From Vicugna vicugna (taxonomy: Eukaryota), in NCBI GenBank assembly GCA_013265495.1, contig MU058824.1, forward strand, positions 5,847,245 to 5,911,244: a stretch of 64,000 bases of DNA. Reading direction: 5' to 3'. Position 1 is the first letter of the stretch. Every line of letters starts with the position of its first letter. Below, piece after piece: positions 24,607 through 35,910 of the stretch. The notes beneath the pieces were generated by a model. It ran no database searches and was not told where the DNA came from. It saw only the letters and a program-made list of their open reading frames with translations. The position numbers were made by a program, and so were the translations under genes.

Positions 24607-25917
24607 TAAACAGTTGCACAGACACGTATATCACAATAACTAATAAAAGATGATGAAAGTGAAGAGGGAACACTGTTCTTAGAAGAACTGAAAGGATCTG
24701 TGGCGTGTCCTCAACACCTTCAGAACAATTTAGTTTGTCTTGGAGATAATAGGCACTTTCACCCAACCACTTAGCTATTTGATTTCCTCTTACCTACTCT
24801 TTCCATTTACCTAGTACTTCTTTTTCCCCTTGTTACCCTTTTCCACCTATTTCTTCTCTTCTTTTTTTTCTGGTTTGATAATTCCTCTGTTTTATTATAC
24901 TGAAGATCCATTTTCTGCGTAGCACCTAAAAATCTTTATATAAAGACACTTTATAATACAACCAACACATGCATAAAATCTTGGGGAACAGTGGCAGAAG
25001 ACAGACATTAAAAGAAGAAAACAAATGCAGATTTTGAAAAAGGGCCACCTAATCCAAACACTCTTAGAAGTCCGTATGTTACCCTGATCATTATAGCTGC
25101 TGAAAACACTTTCACTTTTCCCAGGTCATTGTGAGGGAGCACTGTAAAACCCTCAAAGGCGTATTGCAGAAGTTTCCTTTCATGAGATGTACTCTTCCTC
25201 TTAAACTCACGGTGACACATGTATGTATGACTGACAGAAAATGAGAGCACATTTTTCTTAAGAAATAATAAGTCAACTAGCAAGACCAAAAATGGTATAT
25301 ATTATACATTTCAAATAACAAATGATTTTAATATAGCAGTATTTTTACATCAAAGAAAAACTTTCAAGTCTACCACATTTTCAAAGACTGAAGTCAAGTC
25401 CAATTACTTTTCATATGATTTTAAGTGCCGTCTTTGCTTCTCATTGACCACAACGAAATATTTATGATTAAATTGTTATTTCTTGTTATTCATGGTACAA
25501 ACAATGTAGTGAGTGCTATGCTTCTCCCAGTGTGTTTGTTTAGAGCAGGTACTTAATATACACTAATCTGATGAGTCTTCTGGCATCATTAGGCCATGCA
25601 AGTGGAGTTTAAAGTCTCTACAACACCCTCTGATCTTCATTTCTTCAAGTAGAGCTGTCGTTGCCAAGAGTTACATCAGAAACCATAGACATACCACTAT
25701 AGGCCACTTCTATATTGTTTCTCCAGTCCAAGGACATGGTAGATTTCATGTGAGCCAGGTTACCTGCTGAAATGTCTTCCAAATCACTGAAACCAGTGGC
25801 TTTGGCTTTTTTGGAAATCAGTGTTAATCAAAGGTAGCTATGTAGTTACAGTTTTTCTCAAATAGCATTTGACATCTCTCCAGGCTGGACAATACTTAAC
25901 AAGAGCAGCAGTAGCAG

Positions 25918-26140
25918 AACAACAGCTATATTTGTGGAGCAAAACTGTAAGTTTGGCAGTGTGTTCTACAAACATTATCTGATTTATTTTCATGGTGACC
26001 TGTGAGGGAGATGGTATTATTGTTATTATATTAATGAGAAAATAGCCCCAGGGAGCTAAAGAAATGTGTGCAAACCATACGACTAGTAAATGGAAAAGTT
26101 GGGATTTGAACTGAGATTTATATCATTCTAATTCTACGTT
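25918..26140 (-). mobile_element. MIR SINE
   Basis: CCTGTGAGGGAGATGGTATTATT...AATGAGAAAATAG...CTAGTAAATGG...TGGGATTTGAACT. Confidence 0.75.
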
Positions 26141-26249
26141 GTTAGACAAAAGGATATATTGCTTTTTCCTACCAGACAGTTCTCATTGACTTCTTCATTT
26201 CTGTGAAGATCCTAAACTTTCTCCCCCCCAAAAAGAAAAAAAGAAACCA

Positions 26250-27180
26250 GTTCAAAGTCTTGGATTCTCTTTTTATTCTTTCCTTCCTCCTCACCACAGG
26301 CAATTCGTTGCCAACTTTTTGCTGATTCTACTTTTAAATATTTGGTACAGCTGTCTCTCCTTTTCTATTTTTATTGCCACTACCCCGTTGAGATCCTCCT
26401 TCCTTTCAATAGTGCCTTAACCTGTGTTTCCCCTTTCAGCAGTCAAATCCCCCTTCATCCCATCTCAGCGCTCCTCGACCTCAGCACCACTGACAGGCAG
26501 GGACAGATAATTCTTTGTTGTAGAAGGCACTGTAGGATTTTAGCAACAGCCTGGACTCTACCCACCAGATTCTACTCCCTCTTTCCACCCAGTTATGACA
26601 ACCAAAACTGTCTAGAGACCTTAACAAATGTCTCTGGGGGGTAAAATCATCAGCAGCTAAGAACCACTGATACATCCTATCACCACTAATAGTTAAGCAC
26701 TCATGCTTTGATAGTGTTTCTGTCTGGCTCAATGTGTTTCAGGACACATGTTCCAAATTTATCTTTCCTGTCTCATCTCCTCCGTGTGTAGCCCTTGCTC
26801 CAGCAAAATTATCCCAATTGTTATTACTTAAATATGTCCTGTATTCATGCTCTTGTCTGCCCTGTTTCTGCTACCTTAATGCACATTCTTTTCTGTTTCT
26901 CCTCTGGAATTTCCATCCATCCTCCAAGGCCTATCTTAAAACTGCCTCTTCTAGAGACTTCTGTGATACTCTTTGCTGGGAATGATGGCTCCCTTTTCTA
27001 TGCTCCTTTTTCCTTAGAGGTTTATCTCTTAGGATAGTAAACTGACAGCAACACTCTTTGAATTGTACCCTTCTTCTTCTCTACTACACTGCAGGAATAG
27101 CAGTCATGCCTCAGTTACATTCTATAACCCTAACAGTGTCTGGTGCATATAAGAGTACAATAAATATTTGTGAATTAAGT
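26250..27180 (+). mobile_element. L2 3' region, interrupted by MER20
   Basis: CCATCCTCCAAGGCCTATCTTAAAACTGCCTCTTCTAG. Ends CTAACAGTGTCTGGTGCATATAAGAGTACAATAAATATTTGTGAATT. Confidence 0.7.
26466..26669 (-). mobile_element. MER20 (hAT-Charlie MITE)
   Basis: CTCAGCACCACTGACA...CAGATAATTCTTTGTTGT...CCCAGTTATGACAACCAAAACTGTCT...AAATGTCTCTGGGGG...GAACCACTG. Confidence 0.9.
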
Positions 27181-29424
27181 GCTACTAAAAAAACTCCCAT
27201 GTCTATACTAAGAACATACATTCAAGGTCAGGAAACTTCCTTTAGTCCTGTGCACACAGCAGAGAGAAATGTAGTACTAAGCTTCCAGTGTAGACAGTGT
27301 CCAGTTGCAGGAGTTCCTAGACTCCAAGTAAACTGAGATGTGTGTCCCCATATGGGGACATCATTCCTGGCAGAGAGTATCACAGAAGTCTGTAGTAGAG
27401 GCTAGTGGGATCACCAAGTTGTGTAAGAGACAAGAAGAGTGACCATGTCAGTGCTCAGTGCTGGAGGTGACAAAGTGGCTGAGTCATGCCGGGGGTGCTA
27501 GTGGGATGGGTGCCAGGGAGCAGGTGGGAGTCCTGAGCAAGGGAGCCCTAGTATCAAAAGGTGTCTATCATGTGAGGAGGTGAGATGTGGCCTATGTCTG
27601 CGGAGGCTTATTGTTGGCCAAGATAGTCCTTTTGCCCAGACTGTGTTTCCCAAAGCCAAGTGCGTGGGTTGATGGAAATTTCTCTGATTTGACACGAATC
27701 CCAATTGCTGAAATCTCATAAAAATACACACCCTAAAATGATGGAACACATAATCAGCCACTCCTTACATCTTCTAGGCCTATGGTTTAAATACTGTGGA
27801 CAGGAAGAGGGAGAGAGGAACTTTAAAATGTCTTTAAGATCACTGCAGACACTTGGGCAGGCACTCCTCTAAGGGCTGTTATATATAGCTGCTACACAGG
27901 GTACATGCTACAAGTCAGATGGGCTTATGCTGTAGAATAGCATGAAACTGACAACTGGTAAACATGTGAAACCAATGCCCTTTCAGAGTTTAAATAGAAA
28001 AGTGACATTTCACAATGTGCCGCACAAGTCCACCAGACTGGCTGTAAACCAACCCAAAACACATGCAGTACTTCATCCCAGAAGGTCTTCATGAGCAGCA
28101 ACACACATTTAATATACTTCTCATCAAATCTCTACCCTGGATGTGATTGTGGCGCAACATGCCGTGCCCCAGCCTGACAGGGAACTGCAGGGTTTTGTGG
28201 TCCCCAGCCTCCTCTCAGGACAGCATGTCGCAGCTGTTCTGATCAGCTTTCACATTGATTACAGCTTTCAGTTCTTGTAAGATTGAAATCTGCCTCACTG
28301 ATGGCAAGGTGGAGGGGTAGAGCAGATCTAATTCAGGTTGCTTGCATTTTAAATCGTATTTTGAATAAATGAAATGCACACCAATAATTGCAGAACAGAA
28401 TACTGTTTCTCTGAGCCAAGCTTCCTAGAAGAGACTGTTGCTTATCTTCATTCTTGTCATACTCTTCTCCTCCCTCAGCCCCTTTCTTTTCCACCCCCAC
28501 CATGTTCATTTGTGACAGTTGCATTTCCTTTAAAGCACATTTTCTTATCCATATTGTATGTTACTCGAGCTCTTTTATTTGGGATTTTTCACACATCCTT
28601 CACATCTTCTTTGCAGCTCCAGTCGATAAGCGCTAAGACCTAAATGCTCCTTTGCACTTCATGGCTATTCCCTTATCACATGCATTTTCTGTTGCCTCAA
28701 GGAAGATCTGTACAATTTTTGTTATTGAAATCTGAATTTTTTCCCTCCCAAGCAGATGAAGGATGTGTAAATGTGTCTAAAGACTTAGAATAACATTAAA
28801 TCTGTTTTTTTTTCTTCCTACAAAGCCCTGAGAGTCAGAGTATTTCTCAGGCACCTGTTAAAACCAAGAGGGGAGAAAAACAGGAATAATTCCACAACCC
28901 AGAGAAAACCACAAGAGCAGGTCACCAAGCCTTCCTTGACACACAGACTTTAGTTCGGCTGGGGGCATCAGTCTCCCCATCTTTGGCAAGACGGTATGAT
29001 TCCCAAGTCATTCACGGACGGAATTACATTATTCCATTACATATTGACTGAAAGATGTGAAGCTTTTATTGTTGCTATTTGCCAGGGCCCCTTGCCAGGA
29101 GATGTGTGGGAAATAACGCTGCACAGGGAGCCCCAACTTATCCACCTGATACACTCACAATCTCCTTCATAAATTGACTTGATGGACATTAGATACCTTT
29201 CCCAGACTTATTTGACTATCTTGGGTGGTTATGTTCCCAGGATAGACCACTAAGGCCAAATTAACCCTTAATATGGTACTCCTCCAATTTTATTTTGTAT
29301 TTTGTGTATTTATTTATTTAATACACCAAGCCACTCTGTTCACACGACACACACATAGACACACAATTCAAACACAACTGTTGCTATTGTAAACTTCATA
29401 GGCTTCAGTCATCCTATTCTCACT

Positions 29425-29728
29425 GGTGTGCGCATCCTTCCCTTCCCTATTCATGTAACTCTGGTACATCACTTCTGACTGAGCTCATGCGTTGTCTCAT
29501 ATAGGAAGCTTTTTCTGACTCCTTCCTAGCCCACCCACCTACCAGTTGAGTTATGTGGGCTCTCTGGGTTCCCACCATAATCCAGGCATATGCAGTACTA
29601 TATTGCAATGCTTACAACATTGGACTAAAATACTATTCTTAGTTTTTTCTTTCTTTTACTAGACTTAAGTTCCTTGAGGGCTTGGTCACCATTGTGCCCA
29701 AGAAGCAGTAGTTGTTCAATAAAATTTC
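29425..29728 (+). mobile_element. L2 (L2b/c) 3' fragment
   Basis: AGGAAGCTTTTTCTGACTCC...ACTAGACTTAAGTTCCTTGAGGGC...GTAGTTGTTCAATAAAATTT. Confidence 0.7.
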
Positions 29729-30170
29729 AAAAACAGCAACTTAATTAGCAGTTACCCAAGTTCTATCTCCAGGAGTCCCTATCCAGCATGTTATCGCCCT
29801 CTCTTCCTGAACAACACAGTGAGGCTCTCTTAAATATTCAAATTCATTTCTAGAAGAGTCTCAGTCATTATCAGCAAAGAAGTCTTTGAGCTGTCTTGCT
29901 AGTTTGGGGAAATCCAGTGTCATGAGAGATGAGAGGCAGAGGGGATCATATGGGAAATCTAGAGGCAACAGAAGTGTGTGCTGTAGCAGAAAAAGTGGTG
30001 ACCCTAGATATCCTAAAGTGGACACGAGGTCTCCACAGAGACTACGTGGGGACATTTGGCATTGTACACAGGTTAACTCCTACAGGTAAGTCAGGTCCTG
30101 AAGTTGCACTGCTCTATATGGAACGGCTAAAATTCCACAGGCTTTGCTTTAACTCAGGAAGATTCACCAG

Positions 30171-30207
30171 CACCCACTTAATGATTTTCACCCACTTAAT
30201 GATTTTC
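30171..30207. repeat. Perfect 18-bp tandem duplication
   Basis: CACCCACTTAATGATTTT repeated twice. Confidence 0.95.
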
Positions 30208-31659
30208 TAATTCAATGGATAAAATAAAGATTCTCCATGTGCCATCTACTGTGTGAAGTTTTCCCTTATCATGGTAATCTCCTCTTCCTCAGATACTATT
30301 TCATAGCTCGTAGTGATCTTAGTGCCAGTTTATCAATGTTTCCTCCAGGTTTCCATGGTACTTTCTCGGCTACTCCCTTACAGCATTTAACTGCTACCCC
30401 TTCACAGCACACAAAGAGAGCATGCAGTCATAGAAACTCAGCATTGGACAGAATCTTTGAACCATCTTTCATCTCTCTCATTATATTCCAACCCCAACCA
30501 ACGTTATCTAGGTTGTCTTTATTACAACAAGAAGTTTGAGGAACAGCACAGACTACACTCTTTACAACATCTACTGCCTGATTAGACTGAGACCCTTTTA
30601 AATCACAACAGTGTTTACCATACAACTGGCTCCATGGTTTGTCAATTCCATTAAGTATTACATACTACTAGGGAGCATAGTGTAACTACCACATGTATAC
30701 ACACTGAACTTATTGCTTGGGTAACAGATTCTTTAGAAACCCCGTATCTATAACACAAACACACTGAAAAATAAGATCTGAATAAGTGTTAAGTAAGTAT
30801 TAGTTTTCTCTGGGATAATAAATATAGAAGATTCAGAGCCTCCTTGAGCATAACTTTATGCTTAAAAGAGTTTAATTCTTATAAAGTAATATCCACCTAA
30901 TTCCACTTCTCTTCCCATCAAGCAAACTGCCAAGAATTGGCCACTATGAAAAATGACCAACGCAGCTCATAGCCACAAAGTTTTCCAGCAGCTTAAGAAG
31001 GATAGAGTAGTCAAGCTCAAGGTTGGTTCATGACTCAGCTATGGAATAGTTCCTGTGGAATGCAAAGGCCCCTTTTGAGTTCATGGCATCTTTCCTCATT
31101 AGCAAACTGGTAAAGAAGAGAAAAGATCTTAGAGAACAAAAGTGCACCTAAAGTCATCTCCTTGGTGATTATTAGAGGCAAAAATGAGGAGCCTTGCATG
31201 CACAGCTCACTAGAAGAGGGATTCCCTAGAGCTATCACATTGATGAGTGAGGTTTCCTAAGACCTTCTATCCTGATCCCTTGTCCTGCTAAAGATATATA
31301 ACTTTCACTGAAGCCAATGGGATTTATCCAAGCCTCTTCAAGGATAAAATACACCTTTATGTTCTAAGAGTCAGGAAAATTATAAAGGAACACATTTTGT
31401 CTTTCTACCCTCAATCATGCACCCATGTTCTTACCTTTTTCTCTCTTCCATGTGGACACTTGCTCTCAAGAAGGCTAACCTGAACTGAGACATAAATGGA
31501 TGAACAAGATATACTACGCGTTCCTACCTAGGGCAGGAAAAGGACCAATGTACATACGAGAGAGACAGGATGCTATTCAATAGGAGGAAAGCCTTCTGAG
31601 AATGAAGCAGGTGGATTCAGCTTTGTATCTTTTGTTCATTGCCTGGTACTTGGCTGTTT

Positions 31660-32020
31660 CTGTCAGGATTTTTCAGGAAAAGAGAAGCAACTATAGGTGT
31701 TTTGAACATAACAGATTTAATACAGGGAATTAGAAGCTTTCCCAGCCATTGGGGTGGCTGGTGAGCTAAGGTCAGGGAGGCCTCTGCTGGCTTTGAGGAA
31801 GTCTAGAAGTACCAGAAGTGTAGGGAAGCTCCTACCAAAAATCTCAGCTGCTTGTGGCACAAAAATGGATGATCTTCAAGAGCATGGTGGTGAAACCCAG
31901 TGTCCCTCTTCCATCTGCCAGTGCCTGTGCACTTTCTGCCATAGAAAATAATGCTTTCTCCTTCTCTCCTGCCTTCCAAATCTCACAAAAATGCTTCTGA
32001 ATGGGAAAATCTAAATAGAA
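31660..32020 (-). mobile_element. Ancient LTR (LTR78/LTR79-like)
   Basis: GTCAGGATTTTTCAGGAAAAGAGAAGCAACTATAG...GATTTAATACAGGGAATTAG...CCTTCCAAATCTCAC. Confidence 0.55.
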
Positions 32021-32499
32021 TAAAGAGGGTGAGTTTGTTACAGGTAAGAGATAATATCTGACACGCTGGTAGGGTAAAGGGACTCAAAAATATTCACTAA
32101 ATGAATGTATGAATGAATAAACAAATAGCAGGGATGGTTGGTTGCATGGATGGGTGGATATTTTCTTATAGAACAGGCTACTACTCCCCTGAGGTTGATA
32201 TAATGAAGTCCTGTGTAAGACAAAGATTAGACTACGAGACTGGTAAGGCCCTTTTGCTCTCTTAGGTTTGTGGGTCTCATGCTTGAACTGACTAAACTTA
32301 CCAGGCCAGAGCTCTCTTTTGCTTTGTTCATGGGATTGAGTCTCTAATTTTAGAATTTTAGGTATTTCTTTATCTGTGGTGATATGTTTTACAGAGGTAA
32401 TATGGAGTCCTTCCAAAATCCCCAAATCTTGCCATGAAGACTATTGTCTCATTCCACCTACTGGTAAAGAATGCTCATGTAATAAAGCAGGGCACAGTT

Positions 32500-32579
32500 A
32501 TGTGTGCGTGTGCATGAGCATGTGTGTATACGCCCCTTCTCTCACACACACACACACACACACATATATACATACACAC
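32500..32579. repeat. (TG)n / (CA)n compound microsatellite
   Basis: Imperfect TG tract followed by about 11 CA units (32543-32564). Confidence 0.9.
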
Positions 32580-32724
32580 TTCTCCATTATACTTTGTTAA
32601 AAGATTAGTCTTAATTTATAAAATTTTATAAGAAATGGTCATCTCACATTGGATATAGTTTTACCTTTGTTAGACATAATTATCCAACATGGTTAATAAA
32701 CCTCTATGGATAAATTATATTAGA

Positions 32725-32900
32725 AAAGATCAGGGTCTCAGTTGCTGGAGACAGGGATCTAAATACCAATTATTACAATGATTTCCTGAATGGGAGTACA
32801 TAAGTCTTTCACCTCTTAGACCCTCAGTTTCTTAATTTGAAAATTGAGGGTTTTTAAATGTATAATCTCTGATGCTGCTTGAAGTCCTCAAGAGTTATGG
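32725..32900 (+). mobile_element. MIR (MIRc/MIR3-like)
   Basis: AAGTCTTTCACCTCTTAGACCCTCAGTTTCTTAATTTGAAAATTGAGGG. Confidence 0.65.
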
Positions 32901-33799
32901 CTTTATAATTTAATTGTCGCCTGTATCAAAAATGTGACTATTAGTTATAAGTGACAGTGTGATCTTGCTTGAATGTTGTCTGTATTACTTCCTAATTCTT
33001 TCCTGATCATTCATTCTACCATGTTGGGATTTTGTGGTTGAATTATAACTTAAAGTAGCTAAAGCTTCCTTTAGCAATGTACTTGGTCTCTAAAGATTCT
33101 TGAAAGAAAAATGTATTGTTTTGTCACTAAAGAGACCTAACTGAAAGATCACAAATTTCTGTCTTTACCCCTCCTCTCATCACTTGACTTGGAGTAAAAT
33201 TAGGTATTATTGGAATGGTATTAATATGATGTTTGGCCAGAGATCAACAGTATACGAATACTGTTTTGGCTCAGGGCTTTCTCTTGTTGACAAGTTCCCT
33301 AAGGGAAATACATTCACAAAAAACTAAAGAAAAATAACAATCCATTATCTGCAGGACTTTAACCCCAGACACCTGTGAGTTGGGCCATGTGGGAAGGCTC
33401 TTTTTACTTCAGTTAAATGGACCCAAACCACCTTGAAGGAAAGCACTTCTAGAGAATTGCTACATCTATTCCACCCCTAACATATGTAAACCCTCATGTC
33501 AGATTGTACCACTATGTTAAGGCTGATCCAGAATTCACCTGTCAAAGCCTGAGAAGCTAGAACTAGAGGAGAAAAGAAGAGTAAGAGAAAGTTTGCTCTT
33601 ATAGCCTGGTGTCCAGCTGACCTAATATAAACAGGGCAGTGGTCCTAGTCCTGGGAGCCGTGTGGCAGGACAAGGAAGGAGAAAGAAAGATGGCTGAGAC
33701 GGCTTCCCCTCAGCCCTCTGGGAAGGAAGGGAGAGACCCCCTGCCTGTATGTACTGAATTGATAGTCACTTTAAGTTCCAACCCTAGAACACTGCAGCC

Positions 33800-34284
33800 C
33801 AAGGCTGGCTTCATATTTTGCAGGGCTCAGTGCAAAAAGAATATGTAGGGCCTCAGCCAGAGGTAGGCAAGTCAAGATCTCCCTTCTACAGGTGCACTGC
33901 TCCAACCCATGGCTGCCAGTCAACTCCCAAGGCTTCCAGTCTCCACACAGGACTCAGTGGGTACCTGAATTTCTGTGTGAAGAATGGGTCATGGGGGTGG
34001 GTGGGCACTGGGCAGGGCCTAGGAAGTCAGAAGGCAGGGAGCAGACAACAGCTAACCCATCCCAGGTAGGCAGGAGGCTTGAAGAGGGACTGGTATGAGC
34101 CAAGGTTCCAAGCCCTAAGCACATGCTCCACTGTCCCACCAGACTTCACTTACACAACGTAAGTTCAAAGATAAAATTATTAAGAATTTCAAAACAGCAA
34201 TGGTAGAACATTAAAACCCAAATGTGGAGCCCTTATGAGTGAAGGCCCCACATGACTGCATTGATTGCTTGTCTGTGAAGCTTG
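33800..34284 (-). mobile_element. MER45B/C-like hAT-Tip100 element with 8-bp TSD
   Basis: CAAGGCTGGCTTCATATTTTGCAGGGCTCAGTGCAAAA...AAAATTATTAAGAATTTCAAAACAGC...GTGAAGCTTG. TSD CTGCAGCC at 33792-33799 and 34285-34292. Confidence 0.85.
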
Positions 34285-34554
34285 CTGCAGCCCATAAAAC
34301 TCTCCCATCCAGGTTAATGCTTCTTCCCATCCAAGAGCTGTAAAGTATCTGGCAGGACAGAGAGAAAGGGATGGTCATGGAAAGCCAAATGCTCTCTGTA
34401 GGCCACAAATGGGATGGGCTGCAGAGGTCCAAACGGGAAAATTCCACCACCTTGGCATTCTTATCCGCTTTTCCCAGTGTACAGATCTGGGCAACTAATG
34501 ACTCCCTGCAAAGCCCTGCCTTGCTTCTTGTTGGCAAGTCCCATCTACCCAAGT

Positions 34555-34745
34555 GAGGTTCACAGCACAACAAAAGGAGCACGGGCTTTGGAGCCTGGGA
34601 GACCCGGATTCAAATCTGATCCTGGTTCAACTGGGTACAAACTATTTGACCTCTTTGAGCCACAGCTTCCTCAAATGTCAAATGCAGATACTAAGAACTC
34701 CCTTACAGTGTATATAACAAAGTGCCTGACAAGAGTCCAGTACTG
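34555..34745 (+). mobile_element. MIR SINE
   Basis: GAGCACGGGCTTTGGAGCC...GACCCGGATTCAAATC...ACCTCTTTGAGCCACAGCTTCCTCA. Confidence 0.8.
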
Positions 34746-35749
34746 TGGTGTCTGCGTTGGGTGGCAGCAACCTCCATCAGCAGGGATTTTGCGTAAAGAC
34801 TTTCAGCATCATTTCCTATAGCTGATGTCTCTTGTCAAGAGCCTAAACCTGTCCAAAAATGGCTCTCCAGGGCTTTTAGCAGCTACTTCATCAACTATAT
34901 CTAGCTATGCCAAGTACCTCTCTTGCCTGTGGCTTCTGGAGTGCCCTGGTAACTCCTGCTTCCCTGGAGAACTCTAGGCAGATGGAAAACTCAAATTTCT
35001 TTTCGTTATCAGCCTTCTGGTTCTTGCTGAGCCCTGGAAGAGCAGTGACAAGGTGGCATCAGCCTTCAAGGAACTGGTGAGAGGGCCCCAGAGTAGCATT
35101 AAAAGAGAAGAAAAGGTTTGTCCCATGATGGTGCCACACGTCTCCTTAGTCTTATGGGGGTAAATTATGGGCAGGACTTGGATCTCCTGAGTCTCACAGC
35201 TAAGGTGAATTTCCAGTCTCCATCAGACTCTTCTCCCAGAGGATGGATAACAACTTTGCCCTTCTGACAGTATCTGAACTTTGTACTTTAGGCGAATAGG
35301 GATTTGGTAAAAGTCCCAAATCCCACTTTGCATAAAGCTCCGAAGGACTCAACATTTATGCAAACAGAACTCCCAGAACAGTCTCTGTTATCCTGTTCCT
35401 TCCCAAGATAGATTTGCAAACTCAGTTTTAATAGTGCCTCTGGGCTGTATTCCTGTGTGCCTGTATGTGTGTGTATATATATATATATTTTTTTTTTCTC
35501 TGCTTATCTCATCTTTATAGTCTTATTTCAAACCCCTGAGGGTACTCTGGTAGTCAGCCTTCAGTGGGGGTTCCCTTGCCTTGGAAGAGCTCAGTGAATG
35601 CTCACTGATCTAGTTTATGCAGATCAAGGCTGTGAAGTGCTCCCAATCTGAGTGACAGGCTTACTTCACAGTCATAGTCTTTGTATTTAAAAGAGGGTCT
35701 ACCACCATGGATTTGCTGCTGGGCATTTGGACCTGGGCCTTTCACTCTA

Positions 35750-35910
35750 GAGCATATCCAGCTTTAATGTGCAAAGGAATCATCTGAAGATCCTGCTAAA
35801 ATGCAGATTCTGACTCAGTAACTCCAGGGTGGAGCCTGAGATGATGCTTTTCTAATAAGGCTCCCTGGTGCTGCCTATGCTGTTAGCCTGAGGACCACAA
35901 TTAGAAAGGG
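35750..35910. mobile_element. MER5A (hAT-Charlie)
   Basis: GAATCATCTGAAGATCCTGCTAAAATGCAGATTCTGACTCAGTA...GGGTGGAGCCTGAGAT...GAGGACCACA. Confidence 0.8.

Noticed and set aside
28560..28650. Minus-strand exon (VLALIDWSCKEDVKDV*)
   Set aside because: The acceptor lacks a pyrimidine tract, stops occur early, and I recognise no homology.
33639..34821. GC-richer ORF cluster suggesting an exon or CpG island
   Set aside because: Explained by the MER45 and MIR elements, and CpG remains depleted.
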